A stretch of DNA of 63,209 bases, filler included, from Ministeria vibrans ATCC 50519 (taxonomy: Eukaryota; Protista; Filasterea): the NCBI GenBank assembly GCA_943704425.1. It is 4 parts of 4 records of this genome, joined end to end, with 100 filler letters (N's around TTAATTAATTAA, not from the genome) between each part and the next. Parts side by side here need not be neighbours in the genome. Positions count along the whole stretch, not along the records: positions 27,912 to 58,040 come from CALSCP010002587.1; positions 58,141 to 60,246 come from CALSCP010002124.1; positions 60,347 to 63,209 come from CALSCP010001150.1; 1 more part is not named here. One strand, given 5' to 3'. Every line of letters begins with the position of its first letter. The stretch's first letter is position 1. Position numbers and translations under genes: made by a program. Under the pieces are notes generated by a model that was not told where the DNA came from, did not search any database, and saw only the letters and a program-made list of their open reading frames with translations. Below, one piece after another: positions 56,126 to 63,209 of this stretch.

Positions 56126-58040
56126 TCATTTGCTCTCCTCAACAGATTTGCACTCGTCCGCATAGCTCACTGGCACAAAGGCCTGCAAGTGCGCAATGAA
56201 CTCCTCCAGTGCGCACAGAGTGCCATCCGAGCCTTTTCGTGTCTCTTTGCAGAATCCCATCTTCTGCACTTTTCCGTTGTAAAGAGCGCGCACAAACCGC
56301 TTTCCCGTTTTCCTATATTTTGTCAAAAGATTACGGCTAGCAATGGATTCGCCAGGGATACTACCTCTCCGTGAATGTCTCAAGAGTGACATTGGCGGCA
56401 AAGCGGGGCCATTCGCCATCGAAACAGTCGAGTGCAACCAGAAGAGGTGCAACAGTCGTGTCGTGACCACTGAAAAGGTAAATAATAGAGAGAGAATGAG
56501 ACAGGTACGACTCGTGTAAATAATAGAGAGAAAAAGAATGAGATCACACACACAGACACAGTACGGTAAGAGAGAGAAAGAACAGATTGTGAGAAAGAAC
56601 CAAAAAAACAAAAAAAAAAGCAAACAAACAAACAAACAAACAATGTGATAGACTGAGTCAAGTGAAAATATTGCACCTGAAAACCATGAAGCGAACCGAC
56701 TGTTGCTCCGGTGCAACTTTTAGTGGCGTAATAAGCTCATTTAAAAACCGCCCTGAGCCCAGTCGGATCATCTCCCGACTACGCTCAAACCCTCCAAACC
56801 ATTGCAATACAGACAAGTGACTCGCCTCCAACACCATTTCCTCCGTCACTCCCTATGCAAAGCAGACACGCACGCAATTGTTTCAGACTCACTCGCTCGT
56901 TTAGGACTGGCTGTACCTTTGGCAGAGCAATTCCGTGTGCTACTCGACAGCTAAACTCGTCAAAGAGCCCATGAACACTGGGAAGATGCTCCACTTCAGT
57001 GCCCAACGCCTACAAAAAGACAGTTTCTTCACACTCGATCGCTGCATTGCTTGAATACCTTTGCAAATGTCTTGCGTAGTGCCGCTGAACGAGGGTTAAA
57101 ATCATCTGTGTACTCCTGACTGCGCTGCCAGGCCTTCTTCAAATCGCCCAGCCGACGACACCGTCCCGTGTTGGGGTACATCGTCTCCACTCGCTCTTGC
57201 ACTGTACACATTGGAATTCAGAGAGAGGTCGATATCTCTCGTATTTTCTCTACCGGTATGAATGATCACAGGCTCGCCGGACTTCTCACGTTTATCTAAT
57301 GGAAACATAGCACCGAGAAGATGCTGCACACTCTCAATGGCACGTTGAATAGTCGTCGCGCGAATGTGCACCTACACACACCATAGTGATCATATCATGA
57401 GACGCGACGAAGGAACGTGCCAGCCAGTCACGTACCGTGTCCTTGCAGTACACATCAATAAAGCCCAGTTGGTCGCTGTACAGCGTGCGTAGTCGCGCCC
57501 CCAGCTCGACCAGCTGCCATTTGCCGACTTCCGTCAACTACACAATGACAAACCGCACAGACACACCCCAAAAGAAATTAAGAATATAGAAAAAAAAACC
57601 CCCCTTTTCTGTACCTGTCCAGAGTAGCAGGTTCCCTTCAGAGCCTGGCGATCCGGATAGTGCAGCAGCTGGTAGGCGGCGGGGGCAACGTGCGGCATCG
57701 GGTCTGCTGCGACATCCGTGCGTGATGATGACGAGGCGTTTTGGGTTGCGTCGACGCACGACAGCGCACTCAGCGACGGCGGACAGCGCCACTCCACAGG
57801 GTGCATGTCCACGCGCAATGCCCCGGAGGTCCTCGCGCCGTGACGGTGCGTCACCTGCACCAGGTCGAGCCGCAGATCGTCGGGATAGAGCGCCGTGAGC
57901 TCCCGTGCGCTCGGCAAATGGAACGTTGGTGCGCCGAGAACCTCTCGCACGCGCGTTGTCGGCTCCTGATGCGCATACACTCGCGCCCCGCTCTCCTCTT
58001 GCACACTCCCCACACTATAGCACACTGCTGCGGCACCCAC
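56126..58040 (-). CDS. ACP6: Histidine acid phosphatase, ACP6-like (5' end in gap)
   Basis: LDLVQVTHRHGART (RHGxRT), GQLTEVGKWQLVELGARLRTLY, RATTIQRAIES, SGHDTTV..PPMSL, CALEEF. Confidence 0.8.
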
Positions 58041-58180
58041 NNNNNNNNNNNNNNNNNNNNNNNNNNNNNNNNNNNNNNNNNNNNTTAATTAATTAANNNN
58101 NNNNNNNNNNNNNNNNNNNNNNNNNNNNNNNNNNNNNNNNGGCGGGCGGGAGGGGCTGCAGAGGCACAAATGGGTTGTAC

Positions 58181-58256
58181 CTGCATCAGCATCTTTGCCT
58201 TTGTCTACTTTCGAGTCCTTTCCTTCCTTGTGGCCTTTGCTGCTATCGTTACCCAT
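58181..58256 (-). CDS. First exon of a gene continuing into the gap; N-myristoylation-type start
   Basis: ATG GGT AAC GAT AGC AGC AAA.. = MGNDSSKGHKEGKDSKVDKGKDADA followed by a GT donor. Confidence 0.45.
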
Positions 58257-58402
58257 GCTGAAGCAGATGAGGACACGTCGGAGAACAACAATAATAATGT
58301 TAAATTGATTAATTTAGTCTTTACAACTCTTTAGTGTCAAGTGATACAGAGTGAATCATGTTGATTGTTTTGTTGAGTCATATTCATAATTCATTCTTTT
58401 CG

Positions 58403-60037
58403 ATGCCTCCCAGACGAGCTGCTCCTCGCCGCCCCAAGGCGGGGCCACTCTTGTTGTTTTCCGTCTTTGTCAGACAACGATGGCCTTCGCTGATTGCCAT
58501 CGCCATCGGCGTAGTGTCGCTGGCAACAATGAACGTCTGGTGGCCCGCCGATGCGCCACTCTTGGCGTCTCATCCGGCTGTCGCTCTTCGGACGACGGCA
58601 ACGCCGCCGACCGAAGCGCCAACAGAAATGCCGCCGTCCACTACGGGAGGGTGGGTGGAGACGCTCAACGCGCTTCAGGAGCAGGGGCAGCTTTGGCGCG
58701 CTGTCATGTTGATCGACGACCGTCTCAAAGAGGACTTTCGCCGTGTGGGCCCCGAAGCCTTCACCGTGTCCCAGCTTGTGAGCGTCGGCGATGCTTATGC
58801 ACGTGTACACGTGTACGACCGGGCCATAGACATTTTCCGCATTGCCTTTCAGCTGGCCCAAGCCAATTCGGACCGGGCTCTGGCTGCCGTGGCGTTTGCC
58901 ACCGTCATGCGCACTGTTGGCGAATACGACAAGGCCCTTGCGCTCCTCGACACAGTTCCCGTTGACTCCTTGCCAAAGTCGGCGGTGTCCGTTATCGAAC
59001 GGCAGACTGCCGACTTGTATGAGTGCGCCGGAGACTACGTTGCAGCGCTGCGTCACATGGAGCAGAGCCGCAAGCTGCTCGACGTCGAGCGAGCGTCGCC
59101 CACCGAGGTGTTTGATGCCGTCCGCATGCACATTGATCTTCTTGACAAAGTCGCGCAACGTACGATGCCTCGACCGCCCGCCGACGTGATCACCAGTCTT
59201 GTGCGCGAGCGAGATCGTCTCACCGAACGACTCTTGGCCATTGGCCCATGGATGTCGGTCGCCCAGCTCCCGCGCACCTACATCGCTGGTCTACGCGCGC
59301 TTCCTTGGCACTGTACCGAGTTGTCACGTCCCAGCGAGTGTATGTTTCCCTCGCTGGCGCCCCTCGAGCGTCTCCTTGAAGACTCACACGCACAGCTCAA
59401 GGCGGAAGCTCAACGACTGTGGACGGAGAATCTCCTTGAAGAAGAGACTGAGTGTCTGCATGGCAATCACCGCAGCAGCAGTGAATCCGGCAGCGGTGAC
59501 GGCGGGCGCTGGTTCACGCTGTCTATCAACGGCAACTGGCATCGCCAGCGCAACAGCGACGGCTGCAGCGACACCCTCACGCCCGCGGCGTGTCGTGTGT
59601 GGGCGCGCGCACTCGCCCTTGTTCGCCCGCTTGGTGCCACGCGTCTTTTGCGCGCCACCTACAGCATTATTGAGCACACGACACACATTGAGCCGCACTA
59701 CGGCATGACCAATGGCCAACTTAAGATGCACCTGGGACTCACTGTGCCGTCCAGTGACTGCACTAGCCTCACTGTTCACAACGAATCGCGCGCTTGGTCC
59801 GAAGGCTCGGTCCTCTTCTTTGGTAACGCGCATTAGTCAAAGATGGGAATTGGGAATGAGAAAGACAAGACTGCTTGTTTTGACTTTTCTTCATTGTGTT
59901 TAGACGATAGTTTCCGCCACTCTGTATGGAACAACTGCACGTCGATGCGAGCAGTGTTTCAGTTGGTGTTTGTGCATCCGGATGTGGAAGAGGGGATGCG
60001 TGGCAAAGCGAGAGCGGACGGTGGCCACAGTCACTGA
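58403..60037 (+). CDS. Aspartyl/asparaginyl beta-hydroxylase-like (TM-TPR-2OG/Fe(II) dioxygenase)
   Basis: N-terminal TM, TPR-like helices, GLRALPWH, HIEPHYGMTNGQLKMHLGL, WSEGSVLFF|DDSFRHSVWN..RAVF..HPD. Confidence 0.88.
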
Positions 60038-60156
60038 TGGGGAGAGGAGAAGACACTGAGTGTAATTGGGTGGGATTGAGTGTGAGTGGGGATTGAGACT
60101 GTGGGTGTGACACAAAGGAGGAGAGAAAGACAGAGAGGGAGAGAGGAAGAGACAGA

Positions 60157-60246
<90 letters not shown>

Positions 60247-60346
60247 NNNNNNNNNNNNNNNNNNNNNNNNNNNNNNNNNNNNNNNNNNNNTTAATTAATT
60301 AANNNNNNNNNNNNNNNNNNNNNNNNNNNNNNNNNNNNNNNNNNNN

Positions 60347-60429
<83 letters not shown>

Positions 60430-60481
60430 TGCTTAGTGTACTCAGTGTGTGTAGAAGGAAATTTTTGTTTCTTGTGCTCAC

Positions 60482-61126
60482 TTGCTCAGACATGGTCTTG
60501 GTCACCGAGTAGTAGGACTGTGTCCAGTTGGGAGCATCGTCTTCGGAAAACGGTTTGCCTCCCATACGGTGGTCCGTTTTCTCGTCGTAGTTGTAAATGC
60601 ATCCCGTCGCAAAGTTGGTTACATGAATTCCTCTTGCGTTGCACGCATCAACCAAGTGAAGCGTGCCCAACACGTTCACACGCACCGTCTCCAGCTTGTG
60701 GTCTTCACACCAATCGATATTGGGACGTCCCGTCAGGCCCGCCGCATTCAAAACATATCGAGGCTTCACTCTATCGAGCTCACTGTGAAAAAAGACAGAC
60801 GAAACAATGAAAAGTCAGCGAATCGTTTCGTTTTTGAGAAATAGAAACACACAGGCACACCCACCCACCCACACAGACACACATGAAATGCAACCACATG
60901 GTAGGGTGTGTTAGGAGCGCCATTCAGGAGCGCAGAGCGTGTGAGGAGAGCGAACCTTGCGACGTCTGCTACATTTTCCAGTCGCGATGTGGCCCGAATC
61001 GCCGGCTTGTTTCCCTCCTCAAGCATCTCCATCAAGTGGGTCCCCACATAGCCCGTCGAACCAAACACAAGGTAACTCTAAAATGAAAGGCGTGAGCGTG
61101 GATAAGACGGTTCGCCACGTTACCAT
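60482..61126 (-). CDS. NDP-4-keto-6-deoxyglucose 3,5-epimerase/4-reductase (NRS/ER, L-rhamnose synthesis); 3' part in gap
   Basis: M|SYLVFGSTGYVG..SRLEN..VKPRYVLNAAGLTGRPNIDWCEDHK..VNVLGTL..NFATGCIYNYD..FSEDDAPN..SYYSVTK. Confidence 0.9.
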
Positions 61127-62069
61127 TATTCTCGTCTAAACTGAACTATAGAAACAAGTCAAAAGGGGCGCGAGTCAATCAAACGGATTCAAAGCCACAT
61201 ATGTCCGTTTAGATACCTGGTAGATAACTTCAGATTAAAATGGTCAATGAATAAGAAGAAGAAGAAGAAGACATTTTCAATTTATTATCAATCACAAACG
61301 AAAAGCGACAACACAAACAACTCAGAAGTCAGAACCACTTTCTAAGCTACGGGAGCATCAAAAGAGATTGGCTGCTGGCCAGACAAGTGACGCGATAGGC
61401 ACCAGATACTGGATACACCATATCCTGAACATATCCTGAGTTCATCCTGAGAGAGACATAACTCACATAAGGCTTTGCCAGCACAAGGGGCGGGTCTGTC
61501 AAGGGCCGGCACTAGGGTGAGTACTGAGTAGGGTCTAGGTGGGAGGAGCGAGCTCCAGCACCTTTAGATCAATGAATAAAAAAAAATCTGCAATCAATCA
61601 TAAATTATTAGTCTTCATCATAACATCACAAAAATCATAAGCCGGCCTAAAGTCTGAGTGGATTCGCCATCAGCAATTAGGCATTAGGTCATAGACCTCA
61701 TAGTGCCATTAGCCATAAATAGCCAATAGCCATTTAAAACAATTAGCCATAGGCCATAGCGCTCCTCAACGGGCAATGGTCAATGTGGGCAATGCTGATG
61801 GTATATTTATATTTTACGCCGTCCGCAATGACTCACACTGACACACTCACTCACTCATCACTCACTTACTTATTCACCCACTGACCCACTCACGCTGCAC
61901 GCATGACACAGGCACTCTGGCGACTCCCGACTTTAGCCCGACTCCTACTAAGAGGATATAAGGAGAGAGACTGGGGGAAAGACTCTCTATAAGTTATATC
62001 AAAATAAATCATTATAAATTCAATTAGAATTTACTACTTAGATTGATTTAACATTTTTTAACACCTTTA

Positions 62070-63089
62070 ATGGCTGACGGAATCACTGACGCAGCCGCTG
62101 TAAAGCTTGGCGGCGGAAAGTACGGTCGTGCTGGTACGCGAATTGTTCTTTTTTTTTTTTTTTTTTTTTTTTTGTACTGTATCTCTCTATATAATATTCT
62201 CTCTGGCCTTTTCTTGAACGCGCGTTTGCCGGTTTCCCCTTTCCTTGCACCGAAACCAGCGCTCCGTTGCCCCTCGTCTTCGCCCTGGGGTCCCGTGGGT
62301 TGGATTAGATCGCTCTCCGTACCCCCGATGGCATTGTAATGTAGTGCCGTGAAAGGAAACGCTGTTTGGAGTTCGTTCGGTTTTTTTTGAAAAAAAACGA
62401 AAAATTGAAAAGGAGGCGAAAAAAACACAATGAGACCATCTCCATGCGACGCGTTGACATCATTCGGTAGATGTGACGCTCGCTGAAGACCCTCAATGTC
62501 TGTTTCAACGCAAGATGACGTTTGAATTTTTTTTTGTGTGTGTTTTTCGCATCGTCACACACACTTTTGTCGCAAGCAAGTCGCTTGCTGTGCCCCCCCC
62601 CCACACTCCATCACACTGCCCGCCACGCCCTATCCCACCCGCCACGTCCACTCCCCGCCTCTCGCATCCTCCTTGTGATGTTGCGTTGGCTCTTCATCGC
62701 AATAGCCATCTTTTTTTTTCTCGTCTTCGTTTTTTTTTTTTTTTTTTTTTTTCTTTTTCTTTTTTTTTCGCATCTGAAGTACCCTAAAATGCTCTTGCGC
62801 TCTCTTACGACATGCGTGTGAACCGAAAGGCTTTTATGAGTTCTCTTGATCACGGCAGATGCGGTGTTTGTTTGTTCTCTGGCCTCTTTTTGGCTCACTC
62901 TCTCAAATTTTTTCAAAAAAATGCTCACCAATCCCTCTTGTTTGCAGAGAATCGGCGTCTTATCAAACACTCAGACGTCGACCCCGAACAGAGTCGACGC
63001 TCGAGTTGGGGCGGTGGCAGATGGATGGACGAGGAGCGCAAGAAACTTATTGCGTACGAGTACCTTTGCCATCTGCAAGAGGCCAAAGA
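62070..63089 (+). CDS. IQGAP: IQGAP, N-terminal exons (continues past window)
   Basis: WMDEERKKLIAYEYLCHLQEAKE matches IQGAP MDERRRQNVAYEYLCHLEEAKRW; start exon at 62070 is inferred. Confidence 0.85.
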
Positions 63090-63160
63090 GTAAGAACGTT
63101 TCCCTTCTCTCTCTCTCTCTCTCTCTATCACTTTGTTTCTCTCTCTCTCGCTCTATCACT

Positions 63161-63209
<49 letters not shown>

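Overview
Gene-dense, intron-rich eukaryotic scaffold with canonical GT-AG introns (many filled with microsatellites) and about 30 genes, mostly in tightly packed divergent or convergent pairs. It contains three N-padded TTAATTAATTAA assembly linkers. The gene content mixes an animal-type signalling and regulatory toolkit (Vav with SH2, huntingtin, Tribbles-like pseudokinase, APPL-like BAR-PH, IQGAP, INTS7, COMMD1, B3GALT6-like, ASPH-like) with non-animal or bacterial-type enzymes (GxGYxYP glycoside-hydrolase-like protein, NRS/ER rhamnose enzyme, secreted nucleoside hydrolase, PpiA-like cyclophilin). This suggests a unicellular holozoan (inference). Strongest hidden signals: (1) an XBP1/HAC1-type bZIP gene with a twin IRE1 stem-loop defining a 20-nt frameshifting non-spliceosomal intron, a perfect ERSE (CCAAT-N9-CCACG) in its first intron, and a divergently transcribed secretory cyclophilin, together a candidate UPR module; (2) an animal-style bicistronic MOCS1A/MOCS1B locus where skipping the stop-containing exon fuses MoaA to MoaC in frame; (3) several cryptic targeting or regulatory motifs (HIBCH presequence plus -AKL, cytochrome b5 with CaaX, huntingtin N17 without polyQ, Sororin-like C-terminus). 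All calls are from manual translation and recalled family motifs; no database searches were run.
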